IMG/VR virus record: IMGVR_UViG_3300009506_000037
Span: 1 to 57,711 of that record
Direction: 5' to 3' (one strand)
DNA: 57,711 nucleotides
Origin: a virus
Lineage: Duplodnaviria > Caudoviricetes
Of this stretch, positions 47,641 to 56,202 are shown in pieces. The stretch's first letter is position 1, and each line of letters begins with the position of its first letter. The position numbers and the translations under genes were made by a program. The notes below the pieces were generated by a model, which ran no database searches, was not told the origin of the DNA, and saw only the letters and a program-made list of their open reading frames with translations.

Positions 47641-47835
47641 TTACGATACGATTGCGCCAGTATCTGCCCGCAGCCAGTTGGTGCCGTTGCTAAATGCCAA
47701 GCAGGCATTGGTAGCAGCATCACTGACCATGATCACCGGGGTATAACCATCGGTGACGGCAGGTACGGTAGGCAAAGTCGCAACGGTGTAGACAGGAACC
47801 AGATTCCCGCCCTTGCTTTCGTTAAACAGTCCCAT
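47641..47835 (-). CDS. Small head-fibre-like protein
   Basis: AGGAGA RBS; YTVATLP...VSDA...AFSNGTNW.R.DTGA. Confidence 0.6.
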   Translation of the reverse strand: MGLFNESKGGNLVPVYTVATLPTVPAVTDGYTPVIMVSDAATNACLAFSNGTNWLRADTGAIVS

Positions 47836-47970
47836 TCGACTATCTCCTATAACGACGTTGAAGTTCCCATACGGGTCCCATTCCACTCTCGATAGGGTGG
47901 CCCTTGTTGTTCCACCCACCGGCCTCGAGAGAGGAGAAGAGAAACCAGCGTGCGGCAAGGGCCATAAAAT

Positions 47971-48213
47971 CTACTCATTAACTGAGTTTATAACATCCTC
48001 AAGCGTTTTAATACGCTCACGACACAGGGTGTCACGCCACACCAGCCGCTCATAGGCTGACTGTGACAGGCAGGACAGCTCGCTCGCCTTGACCGACGGG
48101 TAGGCCGGCTCCGGCGGGATCTTGTCCTTCAGGTTCGGGAGCTCGCTGACATGGCAGCAAGCGCTACTCAAAATGGCGGCGGTCGCCAGTACGAGCACGT
48201 TTAACGGCTTCAC
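47971..48213 (-). CDS. Outer-membrane spanin (Rz1-like lipoprotein)
   Basis: Hydrophobic signal, lipobox Cys (LSSAC) and Pro-rich segment; overlaps i-spanin. Confidence 0.65.
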   Translation of the reverse strand: MKPLNVLVLATAAILSSACCHVSELPNLKDKIPPEPAYPSVKASELSCLSQSAYERLVWRDTLCRERIKTLEDVINSVNE

Positions 48214-48403
48214 GGACCTTCTCCTCCTCCCGGCGCAGGCCATGCTTGATGGCGACGTCTGCGCGATGCTCAGCCGCTCTGGCGGCCTTCTGGCGCTGTG
48301 TGGCCTCCTTGGCCCGCTTCAGCTGCTCAGAGCGCAGCAGGAAGCCGAGGAGACCGATGATAGCCGCGATGGCGGCGTAGAAATAAACCTTAAGTTGTCC
48401 CAC
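48164..48403 (-). CDS. Inner-membrane spanin (Rz-like)
   Basis: N-terminal TM helix plus coiled coil. Confidence 0.65.
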   Translation of the reverse strand: MGQLKVYFYAAIAAIIGLLGFLLRSEQLKRAKEATQRQKAARAAEHRADVAIKHGLRREEEKVREAVKRARTGDRRHFE

Positions 48404-48626
48404 TGACTTTGACCTGTGGCGCCTTGCGTTTCTTTTCGCCCAGCGGGGTGGTGGTCACCCGGCGCAGGACATAGAAGACCACGGCCAACACGACGTAGCT
48501 CAGGCCATACCACTTGCCCAGCAGGTCCTGCAGCAGGTGGAAATTGGCCTCAAGCAGCCCCAGTGCCCCCACGATCACGGTGACGTCCACGGTGCGGGAC
48601 CCCTGTACAATACCGGTATATTTCAT
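48390..48626 (-). CDS. Putative holin
   Basis: Two TM segments; LR..TT.PL..K tail. Confidence 0.65.
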   Translation of the reverse strand: MKYTGIVQGSRTVDVTVIVGALGLLEANFHLLQDLLGKWYGLSYVVLAVVFYVLRRVTTTPLGEKKRKAPQVKVSGTT

Positions 48627-48922
48627 GTCATCTCCTCGATGTGCCGGACCAGCCCGCAGCGGATGCACTGGCAGCGCTGTTCCGGTAATACGTAATGGGC
48701 GTCGCCGCCACAGGTACAGACCCATCGGGTATCGTCCACGGCCGCCGTGCGGTAGTGCCAGACGCCCTTGTTCGTGCCACAGTTCGGACAGTCCATGTAA
48801 TCGACGCCAACCGGCACGACGGCTGTCCAGCGATGTTGGCATTCCAGACAGACCGCTTCCCCACTCAGGTGGTGGTCATTGTCCTTGATGCGTTGGAACT
48901 TGATGATCTCCGCCAAGCTCAC
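48623..48922 (-). CDS. Zn-finger hypothetical protein
   Basis: CLEC..CPNC..CTC..CIRC. Confidence 0.6.
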   Translation of the reverse strand: MSLAEIIKFQRIKDNDHHLSGEAVCLECQHRWTAVVPVGVDYMDCPNCGTNKGVWHYRTAAVDDTRWVCTCGGDAHYVLPEQRCQCIRCGLVRHIEEMT

Positions 48923-49091
48923 ACCCCGAGTAGTAGTAATTGACCACCGTGGTCAGTTGTTTCTTGTTTGCCGCGATCTGCTCGCTCTTGTCGACACTGT
49001 CATACCCCAGATACCCGGCCAATGCGGTAATCAGGGCCAGTAACATGCCCATCAGCTTGACCGCGTCAATCCAGTCAGTCAGTGCTGACAT
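48876..49091 (-). CDS. Small membrane protein
   Basis: Single TM; overlaps endolysin end. Confidence 0.5.
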   Translation of the reverse strand: MSALTDWIDAVKLMGMLLALITALAGYLGYDSVDKSEQIAANKKQLTTVVNYYYSGCELGGDHQVPTHQGQ

Positions 49092-49563
49092 GGCCCTGTA
49101 ACTCGCTGTAGTACCACTCCCGCACGTCGAAGCTGGGGCAGGCCTTCATCCACTCGTTTTCCTCGATCACGCCATCGTGATTCAGGTCCGGGGATAGGTC
49201 GCGGTGGCCCAGTAACTGGGCATTTGGGAAGATTTCGAGCAGAGTTTGCAGGTAAGCGCGCAAAGTCGCCATTTGTGGGGGCTCAAAGTTATTCTCCGGG
49301 TCCCCGCTCTCGTTAATACCGCCCACCACGCAGATACCAATGCTGTTGGTATTGTAGCCGTGGACGTGGGCACCGATGCGGCGCATGTCGCGGCCGTGCT
49401 CCAGTACCCCGTTACGACGAATCACGCTCTGGTAGCCGATGTCGCTCCAGCCTCGGCCGACCGGCTTGGGGTCGGTATGCCATTTGCGGATTTCGGCGGC
49501 GCCGATGTCCATGCTGGGGGGTGTGGCGCTGCAATGCACCACTATCAGGTCAATCTCTCTCAT
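49075..49563 (-). CDS. Endolysin, N-acetylmuramoyl-L-alanine amidase (T7 lysozyme-like)
   Basis: VVHCSAT, GWSDIGY, IGAH..G.N..SIGIC..GG, GHRD, KACPSF. Confidence 0.93.
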   Translation of the reverse strand: MREIDLIVVHCSATPPSMDIGAAEIRKWHTDPKPVGRGWSDIGYQSVIRRNGVLEHGRDMRRIGAHVHGYNTNSIGICVVGGINESGDPENNFEPPQMATLRAYLQTLLEIFPNAQLLGHRDLSPDLNHDGVIEENEWMKACPSFDVREWYYSELQGHVSTD

Positions 49564-49880
49564 TATTTTGGCCAGTGTCCGTTACTCAGTAGGTACCAGA
49601 AGGAACCCAGAACCGCCCCGACGGCGGTGATCCACTTCGCGGCGGTGCCTATCCAGCCCAGTACACGGAAAAATCCCCGCGCCGACCGGAAGATGTGAAG
49701 CATGTCGCTGAAATCTTCGCGGAACTTTTGCCAGTCTTGGTTCATCTGGTCGAAGGCCGTCATGTGGTCCTCGACCTTGATGTTCAGCTTCTCGACTTGC
49801 TGCCCGACTTCGGTCTTACACTCCAGTAGATCCTTGGCCACACTTTCCGCTGTATGCACGGCTTTCTCCGACTCACCCAT
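49563..49880 (-). CDS. Coiled-coil plus TM protein (holin/antiholin-like)
   Basis: C-terminal TM; coupled to endolysin. Confidence 0.6.
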   Translation of the reverse strand: MGESEKAVHTAESVAKDLLECKTEVGQQVEKLNIKVEDHMTAFDQMNQDWQKFREDFSDMLHIFRSARGFFRVLGWIGTAAKWITAVGAVLGSFWYLLSNGHWPK

Positions 49881-50250
49881 TGCTCGACTTTTTGTGTTTA
49901 TGGCCGCGGAACATCCTGTCCCCCAGAAAGCACACCTTGATGAACTCTCCGGCCTCTAAGTTGAACTGCTTACTGGGGCCAGATATCGTTCGGACCCGAT
50001 GTCCCTTGGTGTTTAAGCAGCGCTCAAAGTCTCTCGGCATCGCCCTTCTCCCGGGGTACCAGTTTGCTATCAATTTCCTTCATAAGCAAGCCTAATACCC
50101 CTATAGGAAATGTCAATGACAATAACACCGTTTCGGCATAGGTTTTGCTATCTGCGTCCAGCAGGTACAGGATCAGCAGACCGAGGCACCCCCATAACGA
50201 AAAAGCGGCCAGAAGGCCGACCATGAACATCACACCCATCATAAAATCAA

Positions 50251-50883
50251 TCACTTGCTCTCTCCTCCCATGTCGATGGTCACGCCGGCGATCTTCTCGC
50301 CCTGTACCGTCTTCGGTTGTGGCGCCGGTTGTACCGGGCCACCCATGTTGAAATTCAGGTTGACGATGAGCTTGTCCCCGGCGCTCTCGGTCTTCTCGTT
50401 CCACATGGCCAGCGCGTGGTATTTGCCCAGCTGTTCCAGTGCCTGCTTGGCGACGGGCAGATTGGCGACGGCGACGGAGCGCTCTTCGATGATATTGCCG
50501 TTCTTGTCGACGGTGTAGACCGGGGTGTCCTTGCGGCCCATGGCCATTTCCTTGACCTCGATGAGGTCGCGGATGATGTCTTCCTGCTTCAGCTCCAGTT
50601 TCTCGGATAACTGCTTGGAGCGCAGGTGGATGTAGCGGCGGACTTTGGCTTGCTTGAAGAACCGGGTGGCAGCGGCACTGGCAGACTCGTTGCTCTTGTA
50701 GGTACGCACGGCCTGCACGGCGCAGCGCTGGTCAAACTGGCACTCGCCCAGATAGATATCGCAGATTTCTTTTTGCTGCTGGTTTAGCCACCACTCGGAA
50801 TTGAACGGCTCGATGGTCTCCGGGAAGGGCGCCTCTTCGATGTTGGCGTCGGCGATGGTCGGGATCTTGTACTCGCCCGTCAC
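50251..50883 (-). CDS. terS: Terminase small subunit
   Basis: Q..IC..YL....A...A.R.....V..YI...E.II..L......ALEQLGK. Confidence 0.75.
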   Translation of the reverse strand: MTGEYKIPTIADANIEEAPFPETIEPFNSEWWLNQQQKEICDIYLGECQFDQRCAVQAVRTYKSNESASAAATRFFKQAKVRRYIHLRSKQLSEKLELKQEDIIRDLIEVKEMAMGRKDTPVYTVDKNGNIIEERSVAVANLPVAKQALEQLGKYHALAMWNEKTESAGDKLIVNLNFNMGGPVQPAPQPKTVQGEKIAGVTIDMGGESK

Positions 50884-51254
50884 TGCATCATCGCGGGCGC
50901 TTCGAGCAGCCCGGCCCCCGTGATATCCAAGCCAATCCCCCCGGTAATATTATGCGGGTTCAGAGTTTCCTGCTGGATGGGCATGGACAACACGGTGACC
51001 ATGGGGATGGCGTCATTCTCATCCTCACCTTGGAGGTGCGGCTGCATCTCCATCTGTGACATGAAGTAGACGATCAGCTTGAGCAGCGCCTCGTCCGGAC
51101 TGCGGGCCTCGAAACTCATGTCGCCCTTAACGGAGAATGTCATCATTTTCTGTGCTTCCTTCCAGCTCTTTCTCACAGTATACAACATTCTGTTTACCGC
51201 ATTTGCGACAGGTATGGCAACAGGCAGTGACGTGAATCGCGGCGCAGTCGCCAT
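50880..51254 (-). CDS. Hypothetical protein
   Basis: Operon ORF; start uncertain. Confidence 0.5.
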   Translation of the reverse strand: MATAPRFTSLPVAIPVANAVNRMLYTVRKSWKEAQKMMTFSVKGDMSFEARSPDEALLKLIVYFMSQMEMQPHLQGEDENDAIPMVTVLSMPIQQETLNPHNITGGIGLDITGAGLLEAPAMMQ

Positions 51255-51308
51255 GGTGACAACTGCAGTTGCAGGGGATATCCCGGTCGCAGCGGGTCAG
51301 GTTCTGGG

Positions 51309-51569
51309 TCATGCGAACAGGTCAAGCGGCCATTCGTTGATGTCTTCCGGCAGTCGCTCATAGCCACGGTGCTGGAGCAGGCTGGTCAGGTCGCCCCCAT
51401 TGCGGGGCCATGACACCGTGGCAAAGTACCCGCCCCGGGGCATCCCTTCGATGGCGCGCTCATCCCGGGCCCAGCGGATATTGCTGTGGCGCAGCAGGTC
51501 GATCTGGTGCGCCCGGGCCCAGTTGCGGATGTGCTGCAGGTTCTCGGCGAGCAGGAAGATCGGCTTCAT
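51309..51569 (-). CDS. Hypothetical protein
   Basis: Operon ORF. Confidence 0.55.
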   Translation of the reverse strand: MKPIFLLAENLQHIRNWARAHQIDLLRHSNIRWARDERAIEGMPRGGYFATVSWPRNGGDLTSLLQHRGYERLPEDINEWPLDLFA

Positions 51570-51886
51570 GCGGCCGCTCCATCCGGGGACGGGGTCTGCG
51601 GTGGCGTGCCTTCCGGCAGCAGCTTGTAGCCGCTCTCGAACGGCTGGCTGTGGGAATAGGAGCAGTACCCGTCCGAGTAGCTCACCAGATAGCCGCCTTC
51701 CTCGGGCTGGTGCTTGGCCAGAAAGGTGCGGTCCGGGGTGACCTGCATCGGGCCCTGTTGGCCTTCGACGGTCATTCGCACCATACGGCTCGCCTTGTCC
51801 AGTGTGATGGACAGTATCTTCGCTGCCCGGACGATCTTGTGGCTCTGGTAGGGGGCCATGTTTTTAATCTGCGCCATGCTCAGCAT
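51566..51886 (-). CDS. Conserved phage hypothetical protein
   Basis: Y.SHK.V.A.KI...P..GGYLV.Y.DGY.SYS...FE.GY. Confidence 0.7.
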   Translation of the reverse strand: MLSMAQIKNMAPYQSHKIVRAAKILSITLDKASRMVRMTVEGQQGPMQVTPDRTFLAKHQPEEGGYLVSYSDGYCSYSHSQPFESGYKLLPEGTPPQTPSPDGAAA

Positions 51887-52311
51887 CGGTTCGTTATCCT
51901 CGTTGTTGTTGGATGAGATCGCCCATGGTGGGATAGGGCTTGTCGTGGGGGAGGGCCAGTTTCTTCAGCACTGCCAGCACAAAGGCTTGGCTCATCCCCT
52001 CGGTGTCGAAGCCGTCTTCCTCGCTGAAGGTCAGCTGCCCGAAACCGATACCCTGACAGGACCAGCCAATCGTCATGCCGGTGTCCCAGTGGTTGAGGTA
52101 CTCGATCTCGATGTTTTCGTAGTGCTGAGACAGGTTCATTACATCAGACCCTTCAGCCACAAAATGACGGCCAGTATCTTTGCGCCATCGAAAATGCCCT
52201 GTAAAACAGACCAGAGCCCCGGTTGCATGGTCGGGCCAAAGCCCACCAGCATACGCACCAGACTCCAGTGGTCGTGCGTGTAGTTCAGTCGCATGAATGT
52301 CTCCCGCGCCA

Positions 52312-52860
52312 TCACGTCGTGCCCTCGTCGTTGGTCGGCGCAGGCTTACGCGGCGCATTTGGGTTCGGTAACACACTGCCCCGGGTTGTCATTTCGTCGT
52401 TCTCGCCCTTGATATCGTAAAACGCAAAAGGCAGGACGGCGGTGTGGGTGTAGGTGGGGTCGGCTACGCCCATGAGGATTCCGGCACAGTCCCATTCGTG
52501 GCCCGGGCCGCAAGAATTCGGATATGCCAGCCCATAGCCACAGTCACAGCGCTTGTCACGGGAAAAGTATAGCTCATCTTCTGTGTACGGCTGCAAGCCC
52601 TTGCGGTAGCGCTCGTGCCGCGCTTCGAAGGCGGACTGCTGCTGCACGTGCCAGCGTTGTATCACCTCCCGGGTGTCCCGCTCGAACTGGTTGGCAAGGT
52701 CCACGTCCATCTGGACGATCATGTCATCCTTGGGAATCTTCAGGACGTTCATCCCTGCCACGAAGGCGTCTTCCAGCTGGGACCGGCTGAAGGCTTGCCC
52801 GGTTTCTTTGCACCATCGCTCGAGCCAGCGCTCGAACATGACTTCCTGCGTTTTGGTCAT
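52312..52860 (-). CDS. Hypothetical protein
   Basis: RC.CG.GLAY...WDC...H...PFAFY.IK.E motif. Confidence 0.65.
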   Translation of the reverse strand: MTKTQEVMFERWLERWCKETGQAFSRSQLEDAFVAGMNVLKIPKDDMIVQMDVDLANQFERDTREVIQRWHVQQQSAFEARHERYRKGLQPYTEDELYFSRDKRCDCGYGLAYPNSCGPGHEWDCAGILMGVADPTYTHTAVLPFAFYDIKGENDEMTTRGSVLPNPNAPRKPAPTNDEGTT

Positions 52861-53489
52861 AGTTGTGATTCCTTGAACCGTTCCACGACGTTATCAGCCC
52901 ATTGCTGCATGCTGAAGTCTACCGCGTCGTTGTGGGTCCGGTAAATCGTTCCGGTGCCCGTGCTCTGCCAGAGAGTACCGTCGTCCAGCATGCCGGCCCA
53001 GATCATCCGGTTTAACCAGCAGGCGCGGGGCCACCCCCACGAGGGGCAGAGTGGCCAGTGCCTTGAGGAACCCGCGACGGTTCATCGCAGGATCAGGTCC
53101 ACAACGCTGCCCTGACTCGGCAACCCGTCGGGAATCTGCTTGATGGTCCCGTTACGCAGGCGACGGCGCAGACGTTTGCGCAGACGGCGGGACAGAGCCA
53201 CTTGGTGGTAGCTATGCCCGGCCCGGTAGAACCGGGTGGAGCGGATGTACTGGCGTACCAGTTGTTCGTTAGACTGCATCTTTTCCTCCGTGTAGGTCCT
53301 TTCTCTATCCCAGCCCGCAGTTGTAGTTCTTGCCGTCCGGCCCGGGTGGGTAAGGGTAACAACCGGTCGGCATGGGAATGGTGACCGGCTCGGCCTGCGC
53401 GGGGGTGGAAACCGCCAGCGCAAACAAGGCCAGCCCGGCGATAATCAACAGGATGGCGGCGACATGCACCATGGCACCATACCAGCGCC

Positions 53490-54032
53490 TCATGATGACA
53501 TCCCCCTGCCAGCGCCACAGTGCACCGTCAGCAGGCCTGCAAGGTGCTTGGCTTCGCATTCCCGGGCTTCCCATGACACGGTTTTCGGGTATTTCAGGGC
53601 GCGCTCATGCAGCCAGTCAATGCGGGCCTTCAGGGCTTCCATGTAGGCGTCGATGCGGTCCAGACTAATCGTGGGGCCTGCTGCCTCAACAGCGTTGAAC
53701 ATTTCGGCCTCGCGCTGTCCCCAGCCCTTGTCGAACCCGGCCATGAAGGACTTGTGGTCGTACTGCTCGGGCACGGCGTCAAGGCGGTCCATGCGGTCCT
53801 TGGCCTTGGCCAGTGAGGCGGTCATCTCGTCCACGTCAATGCCGCTCACGCTGTTCCAGTCAGCGAGACTGACGACAATCCCGAAGGCGATTAGGTCCAT
53901 CGGGTCGCTCAGGTCGATGGCCTCGGTCATCTCTTCAACCCGGAAGTCAATGATGCGCTTGGCATCTCCGGGCAGCTCGGCGGCGATGCCCTTGAGCATA
54001 TAGCCCAGCATCTTCATGTCGGTATCGGTCAT
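53490..54032 (-). CDS. Hypothetical protein
   Basis: GAGGAG RBS, 180 aa. Confidence 0.65.
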   Translation of the reverse strand: MTDTDMKMLGYMLKGIAAELPGDAKRIIDFRVEEMTEAIDLSDPMDLIAFGIVVSLADWNSVSGIDVDEMTASLAKAKDRMDRLDAVPEQYDHKSFMAGFDKGWGQREAEMFNAVEAAGPTISLDRIDAYMEALKARIDWLHERALKYPKTVSWEARECEAKHLAGLLTVHCGAGRGMSS

Positions 54033-54056
54033 GTGGCTCTCCTCTCTCTGGTGGAC

Positions 54057-54548
54057 CTAGTCCTTGGTGTCGTGGCGGTTGGTGGTCTCGGTCTCGCTGC
54101 TCTGGTGCTGGCTGATGCCGTATTGGTCAGCGACCGGGACGTTGCCTGACTTGTAGGTCGTCACGCTCACACCCGGGTGGCCGAAGACCTTCTCGACCAG
54201 CCGCTCGATGGTGTCAATGTGGCTCTTCATCATGTCCATCTTGGTGGTATTGACCGCCATGTCGATGCGGTCCTCGCGCTTCTTGAGCTGGTGGTCCAGC
54301 GTGTCCAGTTCGATGGCCTTGGCCTCGAGATCGTCGGCCAGTCTCAGGTTCTCCTGCAACAGGTCTACCTGTGCCCGCAGGTCGGCAACCTGAATGTCAC
54401 GCTGCTCGATGGCGACACGGCGTTCCTCGGCGACTTGCTCCAGATGTTCCAGACGGTCCAGCGCGGCTTTCAGTTGCCCGGCGGTCTGGGATGGCAGGTG
54501 CTTGCGGATAACCTCAAGCATGTCTTGCGTCAGTTCCAGTGATGACAT
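54057..54548 (-). CDS. Coiled-coil hypothetical protein
   Basis: GAGGA RBS, 163 aa. Confidence 0.7.
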   Translation of the reverse strand: MSSLELTQDMLEVIRKHLPSQTAGQLKAALDRLEHLEQVAEERRVAIEQRDIQVADLRAQVDLLQENLRLADDLEAKAIELDTLDHQLKKREDRIDMAVNTTKMDMMKSHIDTIERLVEKVFGHPGVSVTTYKSGNVPVADQYGISQHQSSETETTNRHDTKD

Positions 54549-54790
54549 GTAGCGTTCCTCTCTCTGTGTGTAAGGTTTGAGTAGTCCCGGCCTGACGGAC
54601 CGCGCAGCAACGCGGTTTGATGGACAGGTGGAGCAGGTTCTCAGCGCCTCCCAGCACGTCGCTACACGTGCCGCTGCTCTGCCGACTACTCTCGGCCGCT
54701 CTCGGGGTGTATCAGAAACCTAAAGCCACCCCACCGGTCCCATGCAGACCGGTGCCGTACTGGGTGGCCACCTATGGTTAAGGTTCACAG

Positions 54791-54819
54791 AGTATAGGTG
54801 ATTCTCAACAATCTGTCGA
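54791..54819 (-). promoter_or_regulatory. Leftward promoter heading the long late transcription unit, with operator palindrome
   Basis: TCGACA-17-TATACT on - strand; TCAACAatcTGTCGA. Confidence 0.65.
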
Positions 54820-54869
54820 GAAAAACCTGAGAAAAATCACTCAGTTACCGACGCCAAGAGCGACGTCGA

Positions 54870-55169
54870 TTACTCGTCGTGATGCTGGTCTCGGGGCCCG
54901 TAGATATCTTCTCGCGGACCGCGTGCGGGCTCTACTGCCCGGCCCATGCCGTCATCCTTGTTGCACAGCCCCATGGACCGCAGCTCGGGGTTGTTGCACG
55001 GGTCGCTCTGTTCCCGGCCCTGTCGCAGCATACCGGCTGCAGAATCCGGCCCGGCGACTTGGTCAACGTCGCGCTCACCCTGCCATGTTTCGCCGGTTTC
55101 TTCATCTTTGTACGTGGTACTGCCCATCGTGTTCTCTCCTATGTCGGGCCCTCTCTCATCTATGGCCAT
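54870..55169 (-). CDS. Acidic hypothetical protein
   Basis: AGGAGA RBS before internal ATG (MGSTTY). Confidence 0.5.
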   Translation of the reverse strand: MAIDERGPDIGENTMGSTTYKDEETGETWQGERDVDQVAGPDSAAGMLRQGREQSDPCNNPELRSMGLCNKDDGMGRAVEPARGPREDIYGPRDQHHDE

Positions 55170-55257
55170 AAGTGTAGCTTATTCCTTCCCGGGACGTCGT
55201 CATAAATTGAACTTATCCTGCTATAAAAAACTTTCATGAACATTTGTCGATAATTTC

Positions 55258-55286
55258 TTGACTTCGACAAAACGTCGAACTATCGT
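55258..55286 (+). promoter_or_regulatory. Early-operon promoter with operator palindrome in the spacer
   Basis: TTGACT-17-TATCGT; TCGACAaaaCGTCGA; upstream TGAACAttTGTCGA. Confidence 0.7.
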
Positions 55287-55554
55287 TACACCATACCGAC
55301 GACGAAATTGACTTCGATTAGGACAGTCGGAAACAGGGAAGTCCAGCAGGAAGCTGGCGATTGAAAGGGATGAACCGCACGGCCCGGTATAAGAGTCGGC
55401 ACCCAGAGATACTGCACGAAGGGGCAGAAGCAACGGGGGCAAGCCAAAGGGCTTTCGCTGAGAGTCCTTTGCCTTGTCAACCAATGGGACGCGATTGACA
55501 GTGCACGCTGAGTCAACACTCAGTCACCACTGAGTTCACACTGAGAGCCAACTA

Positions 55555-55616
55555 GTCGAAACCCCGGGCGACCGGGGTCAGCAGGAACTGGCCTACCTGC
55601 TCTGATGAGACAGGCC
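55555..55616 (+). ncRNA. Type II hammerhead ribozyme HH1 (predicted cleavage after C55579)
   Basis: GTC-GAAA-CCCCGG(GCGA)CCGGGG-TC|AGCAGG..CCTGCT-CTGATGA-GAC; loop GGCCT pairs with tail AGGCC. Confidence 0.95.
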
Positions 55617-55635
55617 CAACCAACAGGAGATCGAC

Positions 55636-55779
55636 ATGTACGCATCTATCGCAGACATCATCGCTAATGCCAACGCCAGCGCAGAAGAGTCCATGGAATC
55701 CATGGACGACGACATGCTGGAGCGCTGGGAAAGCTGGGAAATCGACGCCGAATCCGAGCTCGATTTTAACTCACATTAA
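55636..55779 (+). CDS. 47-aa highly acidic peptide (not in ORF track)
   Basis: AGGAGA RBS; MYASIADIIANANASAEESMESMDDDMLERWESWEIDAESELDFNSH*. Confidence 0.7.
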   Translation: MYASIADIIANANASAEESMESMDDDMLERWESWEIDAESELDFNSH

Positions 55780-55816
55780 TCATCAATCGTTCACACCCGA
55801 TTGATAGGAGGTACCT

Positions 55817-56083
55817 ATGAATCCACATTACTGGAGAGTAGAGCGGGTTGAGTTCCAACGGCTCAATGACTATGGGCTGACCAAGGTCAAGCTGGTGGGG
55901 GATATTCTGAACCCGGAGGACCACAGTCCCCTGTATCTATGCCGCACCCTGCAGACGGCGCTGTTTCCCACTACGGAGGCAGCTGACCTATGGGCGCGTA
56001 ACGCAGCGGTCATCCATGGCCTCAAGGCGGTCCACGAGATACAACGTCCAGCCAAGCGAGGTCCAGCATGGTCACGTTCCTGA
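55817..56083 (+). CDS. Hypothetical protein
   Basis: AGGAGG RBS. Confidence 0.7.
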   Translation: MNPHYWRVERVEFQRLNDYGLTKVKLVGDILNPEDHSPLYLCRTLQTALFPTTEAADLWARNAAVIHGLKAVHEIQRPAKRGPAWSRS

Positions 56084-56124
56084 TTGTCTGGGCCCTGTCC
56101 CTTGGTGTCATCGCATTCCTGTAA
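56068..56124 (+). CDS. 18-aa hydrophobic micropeptide
   Basis: GAGG RBS; MVTFLIVWALSLGVIAFL*; its TAA abuts HH2. Confidence 0.5.
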   Translation: MVTFLIVWALSLGVIAFL

Positions 56125-56185
56125 GTCGAAACGCCCTTCGGGGCGTCTTCCCGGGGTAGGTTCCCGGGAACTGATGAGACAACCT
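56125..56185 (+). ncRNA. Type II hammerhead ribozyme HH2 (predicted cleavage after C56147)
   Basis: GTC-GAAA-CGCCC(TTCG)GGGCG-TC|TTCCCGGG..CCCGGGAA-CTGATGA-GAC; loop AGGTT pairs with tail AACCT. Confidence 0.95.
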
Positions 56186-56202
56186 GAGAGAGGAGACCCA
56201 TC

